Shown here piece after piece: positions 1-13,370 of a stretch of DNA of 64,000 nucleotides. Where the stretch lies: assembly GCA_030390025.1 (NCBI GenBank), contig JASTWF010000351.1:310001-374000 (forward strand). Direction: 5' to 3'. Position 1 is the first letter of the stretch, and each line of letters opens with the position of its first letter. Made by a program: the position numbers and the translations under genes. A model generated the notes under the pieces. It was not told where the DNA came from. It saw nothing but the letters and a program-made list of their open reading frames with translations, and did not search any database. Origin of the DNA: Squalus acanthias (Eukaryota).

Positions 1-405
1 GGATATCGGGTTCATGTCACGCTACAGAACGTGACTTGACATCGTTGCCTGTCTTTCCAGTTTAAAAAAAAAATTAGACAAGAAACAAACACAAAAAACA
101 AACCCAAATGGAGAGGATATGCAGCCAGCAGGTGTTTTGACACGTTGGACCCCCTGGGACACATCTCATTGTCTTGGCTGTGCTCTTAGTGTGTCTTTGA
201 TGTAGGGAAAGATTGAATCTCTGCATTTTCTCTGTGTTTATATTCTGTGTATTCTTGTAGATTCTCTCACAGTAACTTTACCTGAAGAAGGGGCAGGACA
301 GCTCCGAAAACTTGTAATTTTAAATAAATCTGTTGGACTATAACCTGGTGTTGTGCGACTTCTCATTTTTGTCCACCCCAGTCCAACACCGGCATCTCCG
401 CATCA
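1..405 (+). mobile_element. 3' end of a Penelope-like element (family 1): last codons of the GIY-YIG ORF, 3' UTR, hammerhead and terminal repeat with tail
   Basis: Starts with DIGFMSRYRT*, matching the end of the GIY-YIG ORF at 5427-5816. Ends in the shared terminal repeat GGACTATAACCTGGTGTTGTGCGACTTCTCATTTTTGTCCACCCCAGTCCAACACCGGCATCTCC seen many times in the window. Truncated by the window edge. Confidence 0.85.
278..317 (+). ncRNA. Minimal type I hammerhead ribozyme motif (PLE-associated), degenerate
   Basis: TTAC-CTGAAGA-AGGGGC(AGGACA)GCTCC-GAAA-ACTT-GTAA: core CUGANGA/GAAA with stems I and II. The stem III palindrome is mutated (AACT instead of AGCT). Confidence 0.65.
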
Positions 406-639
406 TTTTAAATTCGACAGAGATACCTCAGCACCGTGTTTATGTTCAGCTTAAAACCATTGCCAAGTATTCTATTGGTCCAGCTTAAAACTCCAAACAA
501 CCATTAAAAGAGGATGGACGAGCTCACCCGATTCTAGTGTGAACAGTGTGGTTGATAATTGAGTGTGAGAAAGACACTGCTTCTGTCACTCTGGTACTAT
601 GTGCCAATGTGGGATTCACTGGGTAATGTCGGATAGATA

Positions 640-3600
640 CTGTATCTTTCACTCTCTGGTACAGTGCATCAGTGTAGGATATATCTGCGAGGCTGGTCAC
701 CCCGCAGCCTACGATTGCGCAGGCAGATAGGGAATGGGTGACCGTCGGATAGAAGAGGAGGACCAGGCAGGTAGGGCAGGAGCTCCCTAAGTGCATCTCG
801 CTCGCTAACCGGTTTTCATGTAAATCGTGCTTGACAAAATCTGCTGGAATTTTTTGCGGATGTAACTGGTAAAATAGATAAGGGAGAATCAGAAGGCTTT
901 CGATAAGGTCCCACATAAGAGATTAGCATGTAAAGTTAAGGCACATGGGATTGGGGGCAAGGTATTGACTAGGATAGAGAACTGGGTGGCAGACAGAAAG
1001 CAAAGTGTTGGAATAAACGGGTCTTTTTCCGAGTGGCAGGCAGTGACTAGTGGGGTACTGCAGGGATCGGTCATAGGACCCCAGCTATTCATAATATATA
1101 TTAATGATCTCGACGAGGGAATTGGATCTAATATTTCCAAGTTTGCAGACGACACAAAGCTGGGTGGAGTGTGTGCTGCGAGGAGGATGCTGAAAAACTC
1201 CAGGATGATTTGGATGGTTGGGTGATTGGGCAGAAGCATGGCAGATGCAATATAATGTGGATAAAAGCGAGTTATCCACTTTGGTGTCAAAAACAGGAAG
1301 GCTGATTATTATCTGAATGGCAATAGATTGGGAGAAGGGGAAGTGCAACGAGACCTGGGTGTCCTTGTGCACCAGTCGCTGAAGGTAAGCATGCAGGTGC
1401 AGCAGGCGGTTAAGAAGGCAAATGGTATGTTGGCCTTCGTAGCAAAAGGGTTCGAGTACAGGAACAAGGGTGTCTTGCTGCAGTTGTACAGGGCCTTGGT
1501 GAGACCGCATCTTGAGTATTGTGTGCAGTTTTGATCGCCTTATCTGAGGAAGGATGTTCATGCCATGGAAGGAATGCAGCGAAGATTCACCAGGCTGATA
1601 CCTGGGATGGCATGAATGATGTATGAGGAGTGATCGGGTCGATTGGGCTTAAACTCGCTGGAGTTTAGAAGAATGAGAGGGGATCTCATTGAAACTTATA
1701 AAATTCTAACAGGACTAGACAAACTAGATGCAGTAAGGATGTTCCCGATGGCCGGGGAGTCCAGAACCAGGGGTCGCAGTCTAAGGATAAGGGGTAAGCC
1801 ATTTAGGACTGAGATGAGGAGGAATTTCTTCACCCAGAGAGTGGTGAACCTGTGGAATTCTCTACCACAGAAGGCAGTAGAGGACAATTCATTAAATATA
1901 TTCAAGAAGGAGTTAGATATATTTCTTAAAGCTAAAGAGATCAAGCGACATGGAGAGAAGTCAGGGACAGGGTACTGAATTTGAATGATCAGCCATGATC
2001 TCATTGAATGGCGGAGCAGGCTCGAGGGGCCGAATGGCCTACTCCTGCTCCTAACTTCTATTTTTCTATGTTTCTATGTTTCAGCTCTGAATACTGGTGG
2101 GGGCAATAGTTCATCAGGGGAGTGCTGCCAGAGCCAAGTCCAAGGCACCATGGGGGAGGAAGAAGAGTGGAAGAGCAATAGTCATAGGGGATTTAATAGT
2201 TAGCGGAGCAGGCAGACTTTTCTGCGGTTGCTGACGTGTCTCCAGGATGGTATGTAGCCTCCCTGTTGCCAGGTTCATGGATGTAACTGAGCGGCTACAG
2301 GGCATTCGGAGGGTGGAGAATGAACAGCCAGAGGTCGTGGTCCATATCAATACCAACAACAGAGGGATGAGTTCCTGCAGACAGATTTTAGCGAGCTAGG
2401 AAAGAGATTAAAAAGCAGGACCTCAAATAGAAATCTCTGGATTAATCCCGGTGCCATGTGCTAGTGAGTACAGAAATAGAAGGATAGAGCAGGTTAATGC
2501 ATGGTTGGAGAGATGGTGCTGGTGGGAGGGCTTTAAATTCCTGAGGCATTGGGAACTTATCTTTGGGAGATGGGACCTGTACAAGGTGGACGGGTTGCAC
2601 CTCAGCAGGATCAGGACCAATATCCTCGCGGGGCGGGGGCGGTTTGCTAGTGCTGTTGGGAAGTGTTTAAACTAGCTTGGCAGGTGTTGGGAAATTGAGA
2701 GTAGCTTCAGAAGATAGAAAAGTATTGCTGGACATGGAAGGCAGAACATTTGTAAGCGAGTTTGGAATTCAGCGGAATGATAGGCTAGAAAATAGACAAC
2801 AAGGGAGGTTGGCAGTGTTAAATGGTATATACTTCAATGCAATGAGTCTCGGGAATAAAGGATATTAGCTGAGAGCATAGCCAGACATGTAGGAGTATGA
2901 TATTATAGCTATTACTGAGACATGGCTGAAACAACCGCAGGAATGGCAGCTCAACATTCCTGGTTAGAGGTTTTTCAGACGAGATAGATAGGGGGATAAA
3001 AAAGGAGGAGGGTCACAATATTGATTAAAGAAACAATTACATCTGTGAGGAGGGATGATATATTTGAAGGATGATCCAAGGAGGCCTTATGGTTTGAACT
3101 GAAAAGCAAAAAAGGGGCAATGACTCTGCTGGGAGTGTACTATAGACCCCCAAACAGTCAGAGGAGGATAGAAGCGCAAATAGAGGAACATTTATGAGAA
3201 GTACAAAGATAGGGCAGTAATAGTAGGTTTTTTTTTTTAGCCAGTACGGAGCAAGCCCAACAAGAGAGGGGGCGGTTCTGGACCAAGTTTTAGGGAAGGA
3301 AGCTGGGCAGGTGGAAATGGTATCAGTAGGAGAGCATATTGGTGGTAGTGATCATAATTATGTTAGATTTAGTGTAGTTACTGGGTCCTTTGCTTTTTGT
3401 GGTACATATCAATGATTTGGACTTGAATGTGGGAAGCATGATTAAGAAGTTTGCAAATCATACACAAATTGTCCGAGTGGTTGATAATGAGGAAGAAATC
3501 TGTAGATTGCAGGAAGATATCGATGCAATTGTCAGGTGGGCAGAACAGTGGCAAATGGAATTCAATCTGGAGAAGTGTGAGGTAATGCATTTGGGGAGGG

Positions 3601-4355
3601 CTAACACAATAAATGGTAGGACACTGAGAAGTGCAGAGAATCAGAGGGACATTGGAGTGCATGTCCACAGATCCCTGAAGGTGGCAGGGCAGGTTAATGA
3701 GATGGTTAAGAAGGGCTACGGCATGCTTGCCTTCATTGGCCGAGGCATAGAATTTAAGAGCAGCGATGTTATGCTTGAACTGGATAAAACACTAGTTAGG
3801 CTGCAGCTAGAATACTGGGTGCAGTTCTGGTCACAACATTACAGGAAATATGTGATTTCACAAGAGTGGGTGCAGAGGAGATTTACGAGGATGTTGCCTG
3901 GGCTGGGGAATGTTAGCTATGAGGACAGATTGGATAGGCTGGGGTTGTTTTCTTTCGAAGAGAGGAGGCTGAAGGGAAGCCTAATTGAGGTGTAAAACAT
4001 GATGAGCGGCCTAGATAGAGTGGATAGGAAGGACCTATTTCCCTTAACAGAAGGGTCAATATGCACGGGGTATAGATTTAAAGTAATTGGTAGGAGGTTT
4101 ATAGGGGATTTGAGGAGAATGTTTTTCACCCAGAGGGTGGTGGGGGTCTGGAACTCACTGCCGGTAAGGGTGGTAGAGGCAGAAACCCTCATCACATTTA
4201 AAAAGTACTTGGATATTCACCTGAAGTGCCATAACCTGCAAGACTACGGACCAAGTGCTGGAAAGGTGCATTAGGGTGGATAGCACTTTGTCGGCCGGCA
4301 CAGACAAGATGGGCCGAATGGCCTCCTTCTGTGCTGTAAATGTGTAGGATTCGAT
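640..4355 (+). mobile_element. Degenerate CR1-clade LINE (ORF1 esterase, EN and RT remnants), split at 818/2079 by a younger CR1
   Basis: The ORF1 motif SLANRFS|ALNTGGG is split across the insertion. SGNH-like piece WDLYKVDGLH (2451-2675), EN piece GIYFNA, RT pieces 3390-4274, CR1 3' stem GATGGGCCGAATGGCCT near 4310. Boundaries are approximate. Confidence 0.8.
819..2078 (+). mobile_element. 5'-truncated CR1-clade LINE nested in another CR1
   Basis: RT motifs QGSVIGP and KFADDTKL, broken by stops and frameshifts. 3' tail (TTCTATGT)n at about 2056-2080. Short TSD TTTCA at 814-818 and 2079-2083. Confidence 0.85.
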
Positions 4356-4711
4356 GACTATACTCCACGTGACAGTCTGTAAATCTCTTCCTTGGTCAAG
4401 AGACCCTCACTTGACCTAATGCTGCCTTTCTCAAACCGTTTAATTGTTAACAGTTATTTTACTATTACCTTCCCCTGGATTATCCACAGCACTGTATTGA
4501 CCTGAACTCTGCTCTTCTCCATTTTGTGTTTTTTAACAACCACTTTTACTGTTGTTTCTGACTGAGAAATTCATTTATTAGTTGAAAGTCCTTTTTAATT
4601 CTATGGGAGAATGACATAGATGATTATCATATTTTGTCAATTTTAATAATTAGCACAATGTTTTTGTAAAACAAAGAAACATAAATCAGTTTTGACCTGC
4701 GAGGGGTATCA

Positions 4712-4783
4712 AACATGGCCGTTAATCTAACCCGGGTTAACTGCTTGGAAAACAGCTATGCCTCACCACTATACCACCAGCGC
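4712..4783 (-). pseudogene. tRNA-Gly(TCC)-like pseudogene
   Basis: Minus strand GCGCTGGTGGTATAGTGGTGAGGCATAGCTGTTTTCCAAGCAGTTAACCCGGGTTAGATT matches vertebrate tRNA-Gly-TCC. The B box (GGTTAGA) and acceptor stem are damaged. Confidence 0.75.
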
Positions 4784-5115
4784 CCACATGTAGCTTATTG
4801 CATATTCTTTCGGGACTTAAGCGGGACAAATGGGATACTTAGCAATCGTTTTAATCAGAAGTAAGCAATATGCTGAGGCACTGCCCCTCCAAATAAAAAT
4901 GGCCACTGTGAATAGTTATCTCGCTTGGACTGAGCCCTCACCCCATTTATTATTTTTAAATCCTTTATAGGTTAAAAAATAATTATCCACAAAAATAAAT
5001 TAAAAATCTATTTTATTGGAGAAGCAAATAGATGATGAATGTTATTTGTAAATTTTAGAGAAATGGCATTTGCTGGTAGGCATTAAACTGCGACAGGGTG
5101 ACCTATTCCGTATTA

Positions 5116-6018
5116 AAATGAGAAGTCGCACAACACCAGGTTATAGTCCAACAGATTTATTTAATTTTACAAGCTTTCGGAACAGTTCGCTCCTTCGTCA
5201 GGTAAGTTAGCAGTGAGAGAATCTCCCAGAATTCACAATTTAAACACAGACAAAATATATTCAAATCTTTCCCTACATCAAAGAGCACAGCCAAGACAAT
5301 GAGATGTGTCCCAGGGGGTCCAACGTGTCAAACCACCTGCTGGCTGCATATCCTGTCAATCTGTGTAGGTTCTTGTGTTAGTCTTTTTAAAAAAAAACAC
5401 CTGGGAAGACCGGCCATGATGTCAAGTCACGTTCTGTATCGTGACATGAACCCGATATCGCGATTGAGGCCATCCTCATGAGTGCGGAACTTGGCTATCA
5501 GTTTCTGCTCTATGATTTTGCGCTGTCGTGTATCTCGAAGGCCGCCTTGGAGAACGCTTACCCGCATATCCGAGGCTGAATGCCCCTGGCTGCTGAAGTG
5601 TTCCCCGACTGGGAGGCAACCCTCCTGCCTGGCGATTGCTGCGCGGTGTCCGTTCATACGTTGTCTCAGTGTCTGCATGGTCTCGCCGATGTACCATGCT
5701 CTGGAGCATCCTTTACTGCAACGTATCAGGTAGACAACGTTGGCCGAGTCACATGAGTATGTACCGTGTACCTGGTGGGTAGTGTCCTCACGTGTGATGA
5801 TGGTATCTGTGTCCATGATTTGGCATGTCTTGCAGAGGTTGCTGTGGCAGGGTTGTGTGGTGTCTTGGTTGCTGTTCTCCTGAAAGATGGGTAATCTGCT
5901 GCGAACGATGGTACTTTTGAGGTTAGGCGGCTGCTTGAAGGCGAGTAGTGGAGGCGTGGGGATGGCCTTAGCAAGGTGTTCGTCGTCATCGATGACATGT
6001 TGAAGGCTGCGAAGAACA
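5116..6018 (-). mobile_element. 5'-truncated Penelope-like element (family 1) with GIY-YIG endonuclease remnant and hammerhead
   Basis: GIY-YIG ORF, hammerhead on the minus strand at about 5167-5205, and the terminal repeat. TSD TATTC(C/T)GTATTA at 5104-5115 and 6019-6030. Confidence 0.88.
5427..5816 (-). pseudogene. PLE GIY-YIG endonuclease C-terminal domain (fragment of the RT-EN ORF)
   Basis: NVVYLIRC...WYIGET...LRQRMNGH...EQKLIAKF...GLN, preceded in frame by a Cys-rich linker (PCHSNLCKTC) as in Neptune-type PLEs. Confidence 0.85.
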
Positions 6019-6043
6019 TATTCTGTATTAGCAGGAGCCTGGC

Positions 6044-6116
6044 AGCGATGCCGCGAATCGAACCCAAATCAACTCGCTAGGAAGGGCAGCTACTCTCAAC
6101 ACTCCACCACCATCGC
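6044..6116 (-). pseudogene. Second, more degenerate tRNA-Gly-like pseudogene
   Basis: Minus strand GCGATGGTGGTGGAGTGTTGAGAGTAGCTGCCCTTCCTAGCGAGTTGATTTGGGTTCGATTCGCGGCATCGC. Its flank resembles that of the 4712-4783 copy. Confidence 0.65.
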
Positions 6117-6357
6117 TCTCAGTATAAACTGTATGCCTCTGTATTTACAGATCACTCGCCATAGGTCTTTGGAGCTTTAGTCAGGACGAGTAAAACACTT
6201 AGCAATCATTTCAATCTGAACGTAAACAAGGTGTTCAGGTTATTTCTCTCCAATTTGAAATAGTTACTTTGAATTGTTATCTTGTTGCACTACTGGCTGG
6301 CAGCCAGGAGATGGCACCAACCTCTAATAGTTTGGAGTGTGCGGATTGTGTACACAC

Positions 6358-6436
6358 ATCCAGACCGCAGTGAGTCTGATGCTGGCCGGGGAGCTGGCCA
6401 AGCACGGCGTGTCGGCAGGGACAATGCCGGTGGCCA
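6358..6436 (+). pseudogene. Histone H2B C-terminal relic
   Basis: Translates IQTAVSLMLAGELAKHGVSAGT (cf. [22 protein letters not shown]). A degraded stem-loop GGTCTTTTCAGAG lies at about 6485. Confidence 0.7.
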
Positions 6437-7438
6437 TTGCAAATTAATTTCACAACGCACTGAAAAAGCAGAAAAAAGCAACGGGTCTTTTCAGAGGAAA
6501 CCACAGCATTAATTTAGTCGAATTATTCATTCGGGATATCGTCCTTTTAAACAATCTCAGAAAGGTACAGCACATTAGGAGGGCAAGGGGAGACTTGATT
6601 CAGGTGCAAATGAGGGGCCTGGATAGAATGGAAAGGAAGGACCTATTTCCCCGAGCAGAGAGGTCAATAACCAGGGCGCATAGATTTAAAGTTGAGGGCC
6701 TGAGTAGTTAGCAGAATGCCTCAGAACTCGAGAATGGTCTCTCCCTTCCCCCACTCACTCCATGTTCCGGAACTACTTCCTGTTCCACTCTGCCTCTTTC
6801 AAACAGACCCCCGACTGCCGCTGAATTTACCCCGACTCAAAGCCATTCTGCGGACACAGACCCAATTCGATGTGCTGCTGTTTTCTCCCTTATTCCCTGA
6901 TGTGTTCAAGATCATCAGCCGAGCACAGAGGAAACGGTACCCGCTGGCAGAGCTGGGGGAGGGGAGCTCGCATGGGCCCTTCCTGTCGCTTTAAAACACT
7001 GTGCGGGGAGAGGAGAGAAACTTTTGTTTGGAGCGCAAGCGCAGTGTTTGCGTCTCTTTCGTGTAGAATAAAAATATTTCGCTGTCTGAGAAACGCCCTG
7101 CTCCTTGTGGAATCCCCAAGTGGATTTTTCCTGCAGGGTTTGTGAGTTGCCCAATTAAGAAACGGTAAGCCCATCAACCGCTCATTCGCTTTATACTCGA
7201 TTCTTAACATCCGTTCATATTCGGCTCTTACAACAACGTGTTCAATGACGTCCGGTCTCACGTTATGGTTCCGTTAGTTTTGTTTTTCTCTGAAGCCAGT
7301 CCCTTTCTGTATTGAATAACTGATCTGAATATCCGCTAAAAGCAAACCCGCTGCAATGTTTGTCGATCTAGATAACTACATTTTCGACATTGACTCCTGT
7401 TTATAACCCAGAATGTCTGAGGTTCATTTCTGATCAGG

Positions 7439-10400
7439 AAACATAAGAACATAAGCAATAGGAGCAGGAGTAGGCCAATCGACCCCTCGATCTTGCTCCG
7501 CCATTCAATAAGATCATGGCTGATCTGATCCTAACCGCCAATCTACTATCAGAACCATCTCCTGAACCTAACAGAATTGGACACCCAAAGTAGGAGCAGG
7601 ATCAGGCTACACGGCCCCTGGGCCCGCTACGCTAACCACAGGGCCATGACCGATCCGAACCTAGACTCATGTCCAAATTCCTGCCCGCTCCTCGTAACCC
7701 TTAATTCCCTTTACTTCTAGGAAACTGTCTATTTCTGTTTTAAATTTATGTAATGATGTAGCTTCTACAGCTTTTTGGGGCAGCATATTCCATGGATCTA
7801 CCACCCTCTGAGTGAAGTAGTTCCTTCTCATCTCAGTTTTGAAAGAGCAGCCCCTTATTCTAAGACTATGCCCCCTAGTTCTAGTTTCACCCATCATCGG
7901 GAACATCCTCCCCGCATCCACCCGATCCAACCCGTTCACGATCTTATATGTTTCAATAAGATCGCCTCCAAAAATGTGCGGGTTAGGTGATTTGGCTATT
8001 ATAAATTGACCCTTAGTGTTAGGGGGGGATTAAATATGTGGGGTTACAGGGATAAGATGGGATATGTTAGGGGGAATTAAATACGTGGGGTTACGGGGAT
8101 AGGGTGGGATATGTGTCGATGCAGGCTCGATGGGGATTCTGTGTGAGGGGGCAGGGACAGGGTACTGGATTTGGATGATCAGCCATGATCGTATTGAATG
8201 GTGGAGCAGGCTCGACGGGCCGAATGGCCTACTCCTGCTCCTAGTTTCTATGTTTCTATGTTTCATTCTTCTGAACCCCAATGAGTAGAGTTCCAATCTA
8301 CCCAACCTCTCCTCATATGTCCATCCCCTCATCCCCGGGATTAACCGAGTGAACCTTGTTTGTACTGACTCGAGAGCAAGTATGTCTTTTCTTAAGTATG
8401 GACACCAAAACTGTATGCAGAATCCCAGGTGCGGTCTCACCAATACCTTGTACAACTGAAGCAATACCTCCCTATTTTTATATTCTATACCCCTAGCAAT
8501 GAAAGCCAACATTCCATTGGCCTTCTTAATCACTTGCTGCACCTGCATACTAACCTTTTGAGTTTCGTGCACCAGGACCCCCAGATCCCTTTGTACTTCA
8601 GTACTTTCCAGTTTCTTGCCATTAAGATAATAACTTGCTCTACTATTTTTCTTGACAAAGTGCATAACCTCACACTTTCCAGTATTGTATTCCATCTGCC
8701 AAATCTCTGCCCACTTACTTAGCCTGTCTATGTCCCCTTGCAGATTTTTTATGTCTCCTCACTCACTACTTTCCCTCCCATCTTAGTATCATCTGCAAAC
8801 TTTGATATGTTACACTCGGTCGCCTCCTCCAAATCGTTAATATAGATTGTAAAGAGTTGGGGACCCAGCACTGACCCCTGCGAAACACCACTAGTTAATG
8901 ATTGCCAGTCTGAGAATGAACCATTTATCCCAACTCTCTGCCTTCTGTTAGATAGCCAATCCTCTATCCATGCCAGAATATTAACCCCAATCCCCTGATT
9001 TTTTTATCTTAAGCAATAATCTTTGTGTGGCACCTTGTCAAATGCCTTCTGGAAGTCTAAATACACCACATCCACTGGTTCCCCTTTATCCACCCTGTGT
9101 GTTACTTTCTCAAAGAACTCCAGCAAATTTGCCAAACATGACTTTCCCTTCATAAAACCATGCTGACTTTGTCCTATTAAATTATGATGATCCAAATGTC
9201 CCGTTATTGTCTCATTAATAATGGACTCCAAAATTTTACCTACCACAGATGTTAGGCTAACCGGTCTATAGTTTCCAGCCTTCTGTCTACTGCCCTTTTT
9301 AAATAAGGGTGTTTCATTAGCAGTTTTCCAGTCTGCCGGGATCTTTGCTGAGTCCAGGGAGTTTTGGAAAATTATTACCAATGCATCCACAGTCCCTACC
9401 GGCACTTCTCTCAAGACCCTAGGATGTAAGCCATCAGGTCCAGGTGATTTATCCGCCTTGAGTCCCATTATTTTACCGAGTACCACTTCCTTAGTGATTT
9501 TGATCGTGTTTAGCTCCTCCCCCCCTATAGCCCCCTGTTTGTCCAGTGTTGGGATATTCTTAGTGTCCTCTACTGTAAAGACTGATACAAAATATTCATT
9601 CAGTGTATTTGCCATCTCCATATTTCCCACCATTAATTTCCCGGTCTCATCCTCTAAGGGACCAACATTTACTTTAGCCACCCTTTTTCTTTTTATATAA
9701 CTATAAAAACTCTTACTATCTGTTTATATTTTTTGCTAATTTACTTTCATAATCTATCTTCCCTTTCTTAATCAATCTTTTTGTTATTTTTTGCTGTCTT
9801 TTAAAGATTTCCCAATCCTCTATCCTCCCACTAGATTTGGCTACCTTATAAGCCCTTGTTTTTAGTCGAATACTATCCTTAATTTCTTTACTTAGCCATG
9901 GATGACTGTCTTTTCTTTCACACCCTTTTCTTCTCAGTGGAATATATATTTTTTGGAAGTTGTAAAATATCTCCTTAAATGTACACCACTGATCATGTAT
10001 CGTCTTACCCTTTAATCTATTTTCCCAATCCACTCTACACAATTCCGCTCGCATACCTTCATAGTCTCCTTTATTCAAGCTTAGCACGCTTGTTTGAGAT
10101 CCAACCTTCTCACCCTCTAATTGAATATGGAATTCAGCCATGTTCTGGTCACTCATTCCAAGGGGATCCTTTACTAGGACATTTTTAATTAATCCTGTCT
10201 CGTTACACAGGAGCAGATCTAAGGTTGCTTGCCCCCTGGTCGGTTCAGTTACATACTGCTCAAGAAACCCATCCCTAATACACTCAATGAACTCATCCTC
10301 AAGGCAGCCCTGCCCAATTTGATTTCTCCAATTAATATGATAGTTAAAATCCCCCATAATTAAAGATGTTCCCTTATTGCAAGCCTCAACTATTTCCTGA

Positions 10401-12300
10401 TTGATACTCCGTCCAACAGAGTTGCAACTGTTCGGAGGCCTATAGACTATGCCCACAAGTGTTTTTTTCCCCCTTATTATTCCTTATCTCCACCCAAACT
10501 GTTTCATTATCCTGATCTTTTGACCCAATATTATTTCTCTGTATTACAGTGATTCCTTCCCTTATTAACATAGCCATCCCACCTCCCCTTCCTTCCTGCC
10601 TGTCCTTCCTGATCGTTAAATAACCTGGTATGTTTAATTCCCAGGCATTGTCACCCTGCAGACATGTTTCTGTAATGGCCACAAGATCATACCATATGTA
10701 GTTATTTGTGCCAGTAACACGTCTATTTTGTTACGAATGCTACGTGCATTCAGATAGAGAACTTTCAAATATGTTTTGTGACACTTAGTTCCTGCTTTTG
10801 CCCTTTTTATTACTTTACCTTTTACTCCATACCTTCTGCCCCTTCCTGACACACTCTGCTTTTTAATTTCCCCACTGCTACCTAAGTCTATGACCTTCTC
10901 CGTTGTCATTTTTATTATTTGCTCTCTAGGAACCTCCCCCCCACTAGTTACTTTAAAGCCCTCTCTACAACCCTAGTTATATGATCCGCCAGGACTCTAG
11001 TCCCAGCACTGGCCAAGTGAAGCCCGTCCCAACGGAACAGCTCCCTCCTGCCCCAGTACTGGTGCCAGTGTCCCAGGAAGCAAACCCCATTTCTCCCACA
11101 CCAGTCTTTGAGCCACTCATTTAACTCTCTAATTTTATTTGTGCTAGCCAAATTCGCTCGTGGCTCAGGTAATAATCCAGAGATTAATACCCTTTAGGTT
11201 CTGTTTTTTAATTTGACCCCTAGCTGCTCATACTCCTTTAACAGAACCTGCTTCCTTGTCCTATCTATGTCGATTGTACCAACATGGACCACGACAACTG
11301 GATCCTCCCCCTCCCACTGCAAGTTTCTGTCCAGCCCAGAGGAGATGTCCTTAACCCTGGCACCGGGCAGGCAACACAGCCTACGGGACTCCCCCTCTCA
11401 GCTGCAGAGAACTCTATCTATCCCTCTAATAATACTATCCCCTACCACTACAACATTTCTATTTATTCCCCCCTCTTGAATGGCCCCCCCTTTCTACGGT
11501 GCTGTGGCCAGGTTGCTCATCCTCCCTGCAGTCCCTGCTACCGTCCCCACAGGGAGTAAGAACCTCGAACCTGTTGGACAAGAGCAAGGGCTGCGGCTCC
11601 TCCAACACTACCTCCTGGATCCCCGTACCTGCCTCACTCGTAGTCACACCGTCCTGTCCCTGACCATGGGCTACATCTGAATTAATTAACTTCATAGGTG
11701 TGACGACCTCCTGAAACACAAAGTCCAGGTACCTCTCCCCCACCCTGATGTGTCGCTGTGTCTGAAGCTCAGACTCCAGCTCATCAACACGGAGCTGGAT
11801 TTCCTGTAGCAGCAGACACTTGTCACAGATGTAATCACCGTGAGCCTCAATGGGGTCCACCGCCTCCCACATCTCGCAACAGTAACACATCACCTGCTCC
11901 ATTCTATGTAATTAATTACATTTTTTATTGTTAGTTATGGCCACTCTCTGCCCGATTATAGATGCTAGTATCCCCTCTAATTAATTGGATTTAAATTAAA
12001 TCAATCCCTCTAAATTACACCAGTTAAATGGTTTACCAACAGTCACTCTGCACCAGAAAGGCCTTATTAACTACAACCCACAGAGTTTAAGTTTAAAAAG
12101 AGAGAAATACTCAACCAATTACGTACCTGCTTTCTGGTGACGTCACACCTCGATTATTTTTACCTCTCTCCCTCCCTCCGAGTTCGGAGACTGGTCCCGC
12201 CTTACCTGGTCTCTGGAGCCTTTTAAACCCTCTGCCGCTGCCTCGCCTCACGCAGGTCCACCGCCGCACCAGGAAGCTGACAAAGATGGAAAAAGGAAGG
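7439..12300 (-). mobile_element. Near full-length degenerate CR1 LINE inserted in the H3-H2A spacer of a relic histone unit
   Basis: ORF1 zinc finger/coiled coil (11459-11902), esterase (10948-11151), EN (9716-10909), RT (9004-9681, 8265-8695, 7667-7939), tail (CTTATGTT)n at 7439-7456. Flanks 7150-7420 and 12710-12780 match the spacer at 54079-54330. Confidence 0.88.
7968..8262 (+). mobile_element. 5'-truncated HE1-like V-SINE inserted in a CR1
   Basis: Near-identical to the 3' part of the full SINE at 60234-60677. Ends in the CR1-derived tail ...GGCCGAATGGCCTACTCCTGCTCC(TTCTATGT)n. Confidence 0.85.
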
Positions 12301-12350
12301 CACACCTCCCTCCCTGATCTGCCTCACTCACCAAACTCGCAGCTTAGCAC

Positions 12351-12656
12351 TCTGTTCCAAATCTGCACTCCGTGACAAACTGCACTCTAGTCTACCTTAT
12401 TTATACTGCTGAGATTTAAATAAGTGAGCTCTCTGGCAGTTACAGAACCACATTAGACCAGTTAATTAATTAATTAGTATCACCTGCTCTCCAGCACAGA
12501 GCTTGCTTAGCCCTGCCCAAGCCTGGAAGAAACTTACAACTTGAAACAGTAAATTTAAATGCTAATTGCAAGCACACAAGACTAGAATTTATAAAAATAA
12601 GAGATTAACCTTTAAGATTCTGTTCCAAATCTGCACTCCGTGACAAACTGCACTCT
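12351..12656. repeat. 38-bp direct repeat upstream of the CR1 5' end
   Basis: TCTGTTCCAAATCTGCACTCCGTGACAAACTGCACTCT is identical at 12351-12388 and 12619-12656. Confidence 0.8.
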
Positions 12657-12749
12657 TAATTGTAAAGATTTAACATGTTCAATTAGATCTGAGTTTACTG
12701 TGACCCATAGAACAGAACAGTAACCAGCGCTTTCACAGATACAGTGGGT

Positions 12750-12887
12750 GGCTCTGAAAAGAGCCTTTGGGTTATTAGATTGAATCTTGTCCGCTTTACT
12801 TGCTTTTGGAGCCGGCAGTGCTGGTTTTCTTGGGCGGCAGCAGCACCGCCTGGATATTAGGCAGCACTCCGCCCTGAGCGATGGTCA
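12750..12887 (-). pseudogene. Histone H2A pseudogene with internal deletion (only C-terminus and 3' stem-loop remain, fused to the promoter)
   Basis: [29 protein letters not shown] (12796-12887) and stem-loop GGCTCTTTTCAGAGCC (12750-12765). The sequence joins directly to promoter DNA homologous to 54780-55230. Confidence 0.88.
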
Positions 12888-13370
12888 TCTTCTACTCCCA
12901 CATCTGCCCTTCTTATACCTTCTGGAGGAATGCAGATAGCGAACTTGTGATTGGACGCTCTGTGGTGAATTTCATTGGTATTTTCCGGTGACCAATCACA
13001 GTCTGCTTTTCCCGCCAATGAAAAGTGTGTGGAAAGAACTGTCCTCAACAGTCAAACCGCCAACGAGTTTTAATTTCAAAAAGACGGCCAATATTTTCCA
13101 AAACCAGCGAATAAGTTAATAAATTCACTATTAGCCAAAGATTTCCGGACATTTTTTTAAATTCCTTTTGCCTTATTCTATCTATGCAAATTCTAGGCTG
13201 TTACAATCAGGATTAATTTCGGGTTCAATTTCAAACTGTAACGGGCGGGAATCAATTTGCATTGATTCTGTAACGGAACACACTCCAGCTCAAGCTTTGT
13301 TAAAGTGAGGTTTCACAGATTATCGATCGATCCTTTGCACAGGCGCTGCTGCGGCAGTGAAACTAGAACA

